Below are positions 35,399-42,725 of a stretch of 42,725 nucleotides of DNA, piece after piece (within the stretch, counting starts at the first letter, position 1; each line of letters begins with the position of its first letter). Both the position numbers and the translations under genes were made by a program. The stretch is from a virus: the IMG/VR virus record IMGVR_UViG_3300033141_002573, positions 1 through 42,725 of that record; one strand, written 5' to 3'. The notes below the pieces were generated by a model. It saw only the letters and a list, made by a program, of their open reading frames with translations. It did not search any database and had not been told where the DNA came from.

Positions 35399-36575
35399 TA
35401 TAGGCTATAGCAATACGTGCAGATAACCTTGGCTCTGACCTGTCGGCTAGATAGATAAACACTATCCAATACAGAAACCTCAAAAGTCTCTCCCAATCAT
35501 AACCCTCAATCCGAGGGTTAGCCTCCAAAGACCTGAGGCCATTCCGCAACCCCTTAGGTGACCTAACGTCGATTGTCCAACCTTCCCCCGAATAAAAGGA
35601 CTCCCCCAGCGTCAGAACTCTTCTTCCGAGAGCGAGAGATTCGATACCTACAGTGCTGTTTATCGTCACGACACCATCGCTATTCCCAATAAGGTCGTGG
35701 ATGTTAGCAGATGTAACAATGGCATAGCTATTGGGGTCGGCATCGCACATGTAGGACTCTACGGGTGTCCTGTCACGTGGGTGACGCTTGAACACAGGAA
35801 ACCATTCAGGTGTGGCCTCATGGACAACAAGTTCTACTAGATCCTTAGGTCGGTTTACTACCGTTTCCGGCCACCACATCGTACCGTCCGATGGTGTCTG
35901 TAAAGGAACAAACAACATAGGCTTACCATGGGTATTCGGCAAAGGTTCCCATCCCTGGTCATACTTACTAGTACGTCTGCGTGACCATTGCTGGATGAAT
36001 GCAGTAATACTTAACATTGCACGGTCCGAAAGTGGGTGGTCCCTTCGTACCATCCACCCACTTTTTAGCCATGATCTACCCTGGAAGTACAGCCCAATTG
36101 GGTCAATGATGTGCATGTGATACCATGTTCTTGGGCTACAGAAAAAGGCCCCCTCGAAGTACAACACAGGAATATTGAGACGTTTAGCTATAATGGATGC
36201 CGCACGGCATTGGGGTGTAGTATTGCTCCAGATACAAAGAAGTGCTGGACCATCCTTTCTTATCATCTGCTCCAAATAACCAATGGTGGACCACACCCGA
36301 TGGTCAACCTGCCCAACCTTGATGTATCGTACACCGTCACCACCATTACCGCGCCACTTAGCGAATGCAACTATGTCGTAAATGTCATAATCACCCGATG
36401 GCATCGGGCCGCGAGGAAAGGCATTCGCCCAGTCGGTGCCCAGACTGTGCCATTTCGAATCTATCCCCCATTTCTGGAATATCGGAATCCACTGCGACGG
36501 CCAGTCGCGCTTGATAGAATCCACGCCAAGAAACAGCACATGCTGGCTGGTAGGGATCATAGTTTTTCTATTCAT
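35379..36575 (-). CDS. KpsS/KpsC-like capsule biosynthesis protein (putative CMP-Kdo beta-transferase, GT107-like)
   Basis: YFEG.F, DP.G, FVPLQTPSD, KRHP, IHDLI, VVTINSTVGIESL..G..V.TLG.SFY..GWT. Confidence 0.82.
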   Translation of the reverse strand: MNRKTMIPTSQHVLFLGVDSIKRDWPSQWIPIFQKWGIDSKWHSLGTDWANAFPRGPMPSGDYDIYDIVAFAKWRGNGGDGVRYIKVGQVDHRVWSTIGYLEQMIRKDGPALLCIWSNTTPQCRAASIIAKRLNIPVLYFEGAFFCSPRTWYHMHIIDPIGLYFQGRSWLKSGWMVRRDHPLSDRAMLSITAFIQQWSRRRTSKYDQGWEPLPNTHGKPMLFVPLQTPSDGTMWWPETVVNRPKDLVELVVHEATPEWFPVFKRHPRDRTPVESYMCDADPNSYAIVTSANIHDLIGNSDGVVTINSTVGIESLALGRRVLTLGESFYSGEGWTIDVRSPKGLRNGLRSLEANPRIEGYDWERLLRFLYWIVFIYLADRSEPRLSARIAIAYNEAYAA

Positions 36576-37746
36576 TTTCGTTAGGATTACTACGCGGAGC
36601 CATAAGCATCAGAGGCCATGCCATCCGCTTTGCGTCCATTGCCTTCATACATTCACGTCCGCATCTACCTGTAAACGTAGGGTCATCTCCACAAGGACAA
36701 CATTCTATCTCACTTGCAATCATAGCACATGAGTTCTTATACCACTTCATTCGTAGTTCAGGAGCAATGACAGAAAAGACCACTCCAATGAATGGTCTAC
36801 CATTCTTCTGAACACCAGCAGCTAAGTGGTACAGCCCGCTGTCCGTAGAGAGTAGAGCATTACATAGAGAAAGAATTGCAGCTACCTGACGGATCTTCAA
36901 CCCTATTGCAAGGTGGACCCCTTTTAAGCCCCCAAAGAGTGGCTCAGCGGCATCCCCGGAGTCGAATACAATACAGTCCCATCCCTCAGACACTCTGTCC
37001 CGTATGAAGTCTGAAACATTATCTGGCTCCAACGTCCTACGTGGGTCAGTCGCAAACGGAGCAATGCCTATCCTATTATCCCCTATACCTCTGTCCTCCA
37101 TCCACCTCTTTGCCCAGGCTACTTCATCGTTACGGAGGAAATAGTCCACAGAACCATCCTCGATGTTCAGCCCAAATGCCTTTCCAAAAAGACTAGTCCT
37201 GTCCACATCGTTACGGAGCGGGCTTCGTTCAACGTAGTGGTTAACATCAAGTTCAACATCAAATGCCCACTCAACGTAATCCTCCATAGGCGCGGCCTTA
37301 TGAACATAGGGGTTCCCATCGAAAATGGGGACAAGGTGTCTTGCAACATAGAGGTATATGTCGAGATGATCATACTCCTTCTTGAGGGCACGTATGGAGG
37401 CGGTTAACATGAGCAGATCGCCCAGCCCTCCACTACGAAGAATGGCAACAGAGCGAGCCATCCTAAGATCCTGCTCGCTCATTATCTTTGTAGAGAACGG
37501 TTTGCGGTATTGCCGAAGCAACTCTACAGAACGCCCAACACCATCAACCTGAGATACATGGATAACAGGACGAGAAAGACGCTTTGGTTGCAACGCAGCA
37601 ACAGTATCACTTGTACGGACATGGGCACGCTGATCTCTAATACCACTATGCCCTGTGTCAGCAGGTCTTGGGAGTCTACTAGGTTTCTCAGGGAGAACAG
37701 CACTTGGTATTTGTTGTTTGTTGTCTCCTACATCCATCTGTGGCAT
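36568..37746 (-). CDS. GT9 heptosyltransferase-like glycosyltransferase with an N-terminal extension
   Basis: RSGGLGDLLM, NPYV, IGIAP.A...R, LLSTDSGLYHLAA, VVF, C.PC...C...CM; AAGGAGG RBS. Confidence 0.88.
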   Translation of the reverse strand: MPQMDVGDNKQQIPSAVLPEKPSRLPRPADTGHSGIRDQRAHVRTSDTVAALQPKRLSRPVIHVSQVDGVGRSVELLRQYRKPFSTKIMSEQDLRMARSVAILRSGGLGDLLMLTASIRALKKEYDHLDIYLYVARHLVPIFDGNPYVHKAAPMEDYVEWAFDVELDVNHYVERSPLRNDVDRTSLFGKAFGLNIEDGSVDYFLRNDEVAWAKRWMEDRGIGDNRIGIAPFATDPRRTLEPDNVSDFIRDRVSEGWDCIVFDSGDAAEPLFGGLKGVHLAIGLKIRQVAAILSLCNALLSTDSGLYHLAAGVQKNGRPFIGVVFSVIAPELRMKWYKNSCAMIASEIECCPCGDDPTFTGRCGRECMKAMDAKRMAWPLMLMAPRSNPNENE

Positions 37747-37769
37747 TGCCTCCTTGCTGGTTTGGTTCA

Positions 37770-38747
37770 TCACAGATATACCCACTTGCGACCCATACGA
37801 TAACCGCTGTAACTTACCGTGCCTGCGTAGTTACCATCATTCGTCACACGCACCTTAATGCTTTCAGCATCATGTGTCTCAAGGATAGAGTAACTGAAAA
37901 GCTCGCTGTCTAACGTCAGCGATATTGGTCCGAAGAGGATAAGTTTTGTGTGGGGAATAGTAATATCAACAAACGCCCCAGACTCAAGACCACTAATAGT
38001 GCCGCTGAACCTTACGGTATGAACCGCACCAGCACCTGTCCACAAGTTTCGGTCGTGTCCATATGGAGCATTGTTGGCAGAGGTAACGTTTCCTGCGGCG
38101 TCTAACACCATGCTGGCTACAAGAATATCTCCCTCTGCGGGCGAAGATGATGTACTCGCAACCCATTGGATTATCCCATCTCTGGTAGTCCTACCCATTG
38201 TGCGCCCGAAAACATAGTTGGTGGTCCCATTAGTAAGACCCTGTATGTAAAAGAAACTTACAACAAACTTGTCTCCAGACGTAATGGCACTTCCAAGAGG
38301 AGCAGACCATTCTATCCTACCCTGAGTTTGATCATACGCCGTTACCTCCCGCACAGCGCCGTTGTTTGCCCCAGATGTAATGATAACCCATGCCGATACC
38401 CAAAAGTCATCCTCCTCTGACAGCGAGGATGATGTTAGATACGTTGTCCCTCCTCCATTTGCAGTCCCAGAAACCTCAAGCCCCGATGACATAGAAAACC
38501 CACGACCGCGTATAACACCAACAATGGGTTCACCCGCATCGGGACGAGCAATACGGCCCGTAGATGTATCTATGACACACTGATCTGGATCTCGGTTGAT
38601 TAGCCCATCCTCAACCAACTTACCCAAAAGCACGTTACCAATTGTGTGCTCGAGGTAGTGGGCAACCGTGTTATGGTCTGATGGGAGTACAGGGTCGGCT
38701 TCTACCCTCTCCCACGGGATACCAAGTATAGGACTTGTATCTGACAT
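37770..38747 (-). CDS. Tail/virion structural protein
   Basis: LPSDHN; L.E.DDFW...VIITSG.N.G.VR.VT.Y motif seen in phage tail proteins; Ser/Thr/Gly-rich. Confidence 0.65.
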   Translation of the reverse strand: MSDTSPILGIPWERVEADPVLPSDHNTVAHYLEHTIGNVLLGKLVEDGLINRDPDQCVIDTSTGRIARPDAGEPIVGVIRGRGFSMSSGLEVSGTANGGGTTYLTSSSLSEEDDFWVSAWVIITSGANNGAVREVTAYDQTQGRIEWSAPLGSAITSGDKFVVSFFYIQGLTNGTTNYVFGRTMGRTTRDGIIQWVASTSSSPAEGDILVASMVLDAAGNVTSANNAPYGHDRNLWTGAGAVHTVRFSGTISGLESGAFVDITIPHTKLILFGPISLTLDSELFSYSILETHDAESIKVRVTNDGNYAGTVSYSGYRMGRKWVYL

Positions 38748-39001
38748 TATGAATCCTCCGCGTACACGTCATCCCCACCGTAAGTGGAGATGCCATAGAG
38801 TGCGTAATTCGTCTGAACAGGAAGCCCATCGTCGCCCAAACTATAGGTACTCCAAAACCACGGCAGGGACTTGGTGAGAGCCGCCCGTGTAAGGAATACG
38901 TGCCCAACCGTGGCTTGTGATTCGCGCCCAGGTCTTCCAATGGCATCAATATGGAACTGTCTTGCCCTGTGCAAATTACGGCGCTCGATGTCCCTGTCCA
39001 T
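38747..39001 (-). CDS. Small hypothetical tail-module protein
   Basis: TAATG overlaps on both sides; YG...YGG.DVY motif. Confidence 0.6.
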   Translation of the reverse strand: MDRDIERRNLHRARQFHIDAIGRPGRESQATVGHVFLTRAALTKSLPWFWSTYSLGDDGLPVQTNYALYGISTYGGDDVYAEDS

Positions 39002-41736
39002 TACGATCCTACTCCTCCTATGTAGCGACAGCGAAGTGTTGTAGCCGCAGGACCTGTTGCCTGACTTATGTTATGGGTTATCCCAACAACACGCCACCTT
39101 TTACCGTTGCCGTATATGAAGCTGGGAGCATTCCCGTATATCGCCATCACGTCTCCCATCAAAATGTTTGGTGCGAACGGGATGGTAACATTGATATAGA
39201 TAGGCGCACAAATGCTCCTTTTGAAAAGAGCATATCCAATGCGGTTCAGCGTAGGCCTTGTGTTCGCCCATTCATACGTCTTTGTTAACGTCTTCTTGTA
39301 CCCTAAAGCGTAAGGGACCGACGGGTCACCATGAACGGATGCCCACCAGGTAAACTCCGACGAGATGGGGTCCTCCTCCCCCATACGCTTCGCCCCGGTC
39401 ACCACCACATGGTTAAAAAACTCCTCCTCAATAGCAATGTCCTCGAGCGACCAACTGGTAACCTCGTAGGACATCGATTCCGCCACCCCGCCCATCACCT
39501 CAAACATAGCCTCCGCATTAAGGGCAAGCCAGCGATGGACACCCCATTCATTCCCCGCATTTATCTTGTCCTGTTCATAGCAGGCTGTACCGTACCAACC
39601 TCCGTTCACGTGCAAGGGTGCATAATCGGGAGAGTCAGGGTCCTTGGACCGGAGAGTAGAGCAATAAGGGCACGACTTATAGACAACCCCGTCGGGACCT
39701 ATACGGATTGCCGCCAGGTAGTCGTAGGTGCATATCTCCTTTAGCATGTCGCTCCAGGATCTTCCCTTTTCGGCATACCAGTAAGGGTGACTTGTCATCG
39801 GAGCAACGCTAAGGTGGAGGCCGGTGTCCTCGATAGTGGTCTCGTCGGCGTAAACACCAAGGTGGTCGAGTATCCAGAAAACAGCATCTCTTACAAGCCA
39901 CCCATCAAACGGAGGAACCTGCCCATCACTTTTTGCCTCAAGCAACCTTAATGTATTGTCCTGGAACTCACTTGTTAATCTAATGGATGAATTGGGGGTT
40001 ACATCCATTTGAGGAATACCAAGTTGGCCGGTATAGAGATAGCCTGAGGTCCCATCCACACTGCTACCCGTCTCATCGCACCAGTCTCCAAGCATTACAA
40101 CATGAGGAGGTTGGGTTGTCTTGAAAAAGTCCTCCTTGTGCTGGGCTACCATGTTGTCGAGAACTATGTTGCCACGAAGGCTCATATCCCCATCCGTCTG
40201 GTTGGCTGACACAGAAACTCCCGTATCGATTGCCTTCGGGTTTGTGAGGGTTATTCGCTTGTCGGTAGGCCAGTTCCAATAACGCACACCAACGACCTCT
40301 GGTGTCATACCATGTATGTACATCAGGTACTCATTTTCCACGGTTCTCCTTTGTAGCACAGACATTCTCTTAAGAACAAAGAAAGTGTCAGTGTGGTATT
40401 TTGGATACAGTGTAAGTCGCCACTCAAAACCGCGTCCGCTGTCAGGCACTCTGCTGTATGGTTGACCGTTGGTTGGCCCAACATCCCAGAGTTTAACATC
40501 CTCAGGGTCATTGGTGTCGATAGGTATTGGGTTTTGATCTCTATCCCGCATTACATGACCTTTAACCTGTATCCTTACTCCTCCCCCGTATCTAGGAGTA
40601 CCACCACTACAATCAGCATACTCGTCCCACTTGTACGGTAGCGAAAGCACAGGACCATCCAAATGAACAAAATCCGGGTAGATAATGGGTATCCACGAAA
40701 CTGCCCATTGGCCTGCATTGTGGAGGAACTCAACCTTACCAGACAGAATATGTGCGGCCTCCCCCTCGGAATACTCAGACGGTTCTGTAACCGTTGTCGG
40801 CCAGAAGAAAGTGCTTCCCTGGAACCCATCCCCCGAAACAGCGATTCCGTTTCCAGTAAACATAACCCAGATGTAGTTGTACCTCACATCCGCACCTGCA
40901 CGGTACTGTTGGGTCCTTAGATCCATCGTCCTTAGACTACCGCTGGTGCTTGCTCTAAGCTTTTTCCATCGATTACCTGTGTACTGCTCATCCCTCCAGT
41001 AAAGGGAGGGGTGCCCATTGTATGGGATGTCCAAGGAGAACGCACGTTCAGCACGGATACCGAAACTAAATCTTGTGCTGTAACTTATAGGCACATCAGA
41101 CCCAGTTATACCTGCATCGGAAAGCATCTCCGTATCCGGTGGATCAGTACGCCATAGTGCAAAGCACATTACAGGGTTATGAGGGAGAGTAAACCTACTT
41201 TGAAGACCAGTATACTCACCGCGCTTAAGAGGAGAACCGTTTGTCATATAGAGAATAGGCTGAGGGAGACCTGGGAGATCGAGTACGTCCGTCCAATAGT
41301 CATTCGTTGGAAAGAACGCATCGTCGGAGGTCCACTTCCCCAATGGTTTGAAGTAGTTAAGGTCAACATCGTAATACGTCCAGAAAAGGGGAGTTAGAAT
41401 TACCTGACCCCAGGGCTTCGGTATGTACATCGCACCATCTGGAAGAGTTTCAGACGTATCCCCAACTGTTGGACCCCCAAACGGCCATATGACATCATCG
41501 TTGTATTCGATGTCGACCTTACTTACACGAAGAACACCACTACCCTTTTTGTTCTCAGTTTCTTCCCCGCCTTCTCCAGGTTTACCCCGCTGGTCCCAAA
41601 GTTGCTTCATGCTGTCCTCTCTACCGAAACCCTGGTACACGTTTTTATACCAGGGTCCTTGGCCTGTATATAAGTAGGCGGACACACGAGGTCGTTGTGG
41701 CGTACCTGAACCTGGCATTACGTCAAATCCCTCCAT
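39001..41736 (-). CDS. Large minor tail/baseplate-hub-like protein
   Basis: 911 aa; C-terminal FNHVVVTG...VTIPFAP.I..GDV..I...WRVVGITH resembles the ends of tail hub proteins. Confidence 0.6.
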   Translation of the reverse strand: MEGFDVMPGSGTPQRPRVSAYLYTGQGPWYKNVYQGFGREDSMKQLWDQRGKPGEGGEETENKKGSGVLRVSKVDIEYNDDVIWPFGGPTVGDTSETLPDGAMYIPKPWGQVILTPLFWTYYDVDLNYFKPLGKWTSDDAFFPTNDYWTDVLDLPGLPQPILYMTNGSPLKRGEYTGLQSRFTLPHNPVMCFALWRTDPPDTEMLSDAGITGSDVPISYSTRFSFGIRAERAFSLDIPYNGHPSLYWRDEQYTGNRWKKLRASTSGSLRTMDLRTQQYRAGADVRYNYIWVMFTGNGIAVSGDGFQGSTFFWPTTVTEPSEYSEGEAAHILSGKVEFLHNAGQWAVSWIPIIYPDFVHLDGPVLSLPYKWDEYADCSGGTPRYGGGVRIQVKGHVMRDRDQNPIPIDTNDPEDVKLWDVGPTNGQPYSRVPDSGRGFEWRLTLYPKYHTDTFFVLKRMSVLQRRTVENEYLMYIHGMTPEVVGVRYWNWPTDKRITLTNPKAIDTGVSVSANQTDGDMSLRGNIVLDNMVAQHKEDFFKTTQPPHVVMLGDWCDETGSSVDGTSGYLYTGQLGIPQMDVTPNSSIRLTSEFQDNTLRLLEAKSDGQVPPFDGWLVRDAVFWILDHLGVYADETTIEDTGLHLSVAPMTSHPYWYAEKGRSWSDMLKEICTYDYLAAIRIGPDGVVYKSCPYCSTLRSKDPDSPDYAPLHVNGGWYGTACYEQDKINAGNEWGVHRWLALNAEAMFEVMGGVAESMSYEVTSWSLEDIAIEEEFFNHVVVTGAKRMGEEDPISSEFTWWASVHGDPSVPYALGYKKTLTKTYEWANTRPTLNRIGYALFKRSICAPIYINVTIPFAPNILMGDVMAIYGNAPSFIYGNGKRWRVVGITHNISQATGPAATTLRCRYIGGVGS

Positions 41737-42698
41737 GTAACACCAAGGTTATCGCTGTATCTAACGGCGAAATCACCATTGTGAGGTATTGTAACTACCT
41801 GAACTTCGCGCCCATCTATATCGAAACCGATGTCGCCGTTAAACTTACTCCCAACATCAGTCGGGCCAATCAACCAGGTAATATCCCCTTCCGAAGACCG
41901 ATACCCATGAACAAATTGCCATACGTTATCATTCAGCCCCACAAGCCCAAACCTATCCCCCTTGGTCCTACCTCTTATGTTGGACCAGCCTTGCTCATCG
42001 CAATGGCCCGCATACTCCCAACTTGACCCCCAGTCATAAGAGATATAAACACTATCATCGCCTATGATAATAAGCCTATGGTATCGGTCGCTCAGGAAAA
42101 CGGCATCGTTAGATTGACCAAGATCCTCGATAACAACCTCCGTAGGATCGTCCTCTCCCTTCATACTAGGGAACTGGAGCCAATTGAACGTCTTATCGTC
42201 CGCAAGCCTGACCTTAAGACGCCATGCGTCATCGTAATAGCCAAGCGTAAACCAAAATCGCGATGCGACAACATGACGAACTGTAGACCACTTCATATCT
42301 GCGGTATAATGGGCACCGATTGTTACCCCCAAATCCTCTGTCCAAGCAAAGTGAACTACATCACCACATCTCCAAGACATGTAAAGCCTTGGGGTTCCAT
42401 GTCTACCACCAAGAAACAAGTCGTCAGCGCCACTAGCAGCACATATCCTAACAGGATCGCTCCACGATAATCTCGGCCAGGGGAGCCATCGCAGCAATAT
42501 GTCATCATCGTCCAAATACAACTGGTGAAGAAGCCCAAACGACCCAAACCATATTGTTTGATGCACTGCACCATAGGTGTATCCTACAACATACTCTCTA
42601 GTGGCAAAATGCCCAACGTCATTTACGTCATTCACCGACCACCCTACACCGTAGTCCCAATAGAACGCTCTGTCGAAGAGATAACTACGAAAAATCAT
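41718..42698 (-). CDS. Asp-box (BNR)-containing beta-propeller-like virion protein
   Basis: SYDWGSSW, SDNLGVTW and TEDLGVT Asp-box motifs; ATGA overlap with the upstream partial gene. Confidence 0.65.
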   Translation of the reverse strand: MIFRSYLFDRAFYWDYGVGWSVNDVNDVGHFATREYVVGYTYGAVHQTIWFGSFGLLHQLYLDDDDILLRWLPWPRLSWSDPVRICAASGADDLFLGGRHGTPRLYMSWRCGDVVHFAWTEDLGVTIGAHYTADMKWSTVRHVVASRFWFTLGYYDDAWRLKVRLADDKTFNWLQFPSMKGEDDPTEVVIEDLGQSNDAVFLSDRYHRLIIIGDDSVYISYDWGSSWEYAGHCDEQGWSNIRGRTKGDRFGLVGLNDNVWQFVHGYRSSEGDITWLIGPTDVGSKFNGDIGFDIDGREVQVVTIPHNGDFAVRYSDNLGVTWRDLT

Positions 42699-42725
42699 CT
42701 TGCTGGAACTGTGAAAGTGACCATG

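Larger units (their letters stand above)
1..42725. mobile_element. Segment of a tailed dsDNA bacteriophage (or prophage) genome
   Basis: Dense small hypothetical ORFs with ATGA coupling, phage-type replication operon (UDG-PolA, primase, SbcCD, resolvase), a tRNA and tail-like proteins on the opposite strand; no host housekeeping operons. No integrase, capsid or terminase in this window. Confidence 0.92.

Noticed and set aside
1-42725. Stop-codon reassignment, introns or inteins
   Set aside because: Genes end normally at TAG, TGA and TAA; long conserved genes (PolA, GTs) are uninterrupted with normal domain spacing; the tRNA is a standard Tyr(GTA), not a suppressor

Overview
The whole window reads as a segment of a large tailed dsDNA bacteriophage genome: standard genetic code, strong GGAGG ribosome-binding sites and tightly coupled ATGA-type gene overlaps. 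It has two convergent arms that meet at a bidirectional terminator (24065-24100). Plus-strand arm, first part (1-11.2 kb): small accessory genes, an N4/N6 DNA methyltransferase, a Pol-beta-type nucleotidyltransferase, a triplet of paralogous His/Cys3 zinc-finger genes with variable loops, several Zn-ribbon genes and a tRNA-Tyr(GTA). Plus-strand arm, second part (11.2-24 kb), behind a near-consensus sigma70 promoter, is a replication/recombination operon: HIRAN protein, UDG-family-4/PolA fusion, mini sigma-region-4 protein, probable SSB, RecA-like protein without a Walker A, short DnaG-like primase, split SbcC/Rad50 plus SbcD, a radical SAM enzyme, GmhA and a resolvase-like nuclease. Minus-strand arm (24-42.7 kb): probable tail/virion genes (Asp-box protein, large tail protein, DUF2341/LamG-like, beta-helix spike-like) interrupted by a ~9 kb glycan-building cluster (GT9 heptosyltransferase-like, KpsS/GT107-like Kdo transferase, HldE-type heptose kinase, and GT4/GT2 and GT4/methyltransferase fusions). 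The best candidate for a new system is a phage-encoded heptose/Kdo, LPS-core-like methylated glycan pathway (GmhA + heptose kinase + GT9 + KpsS-like + GT4/GT2/MT) embedded among virion genes. All calls come from motif recognition by eye; no database search was run.
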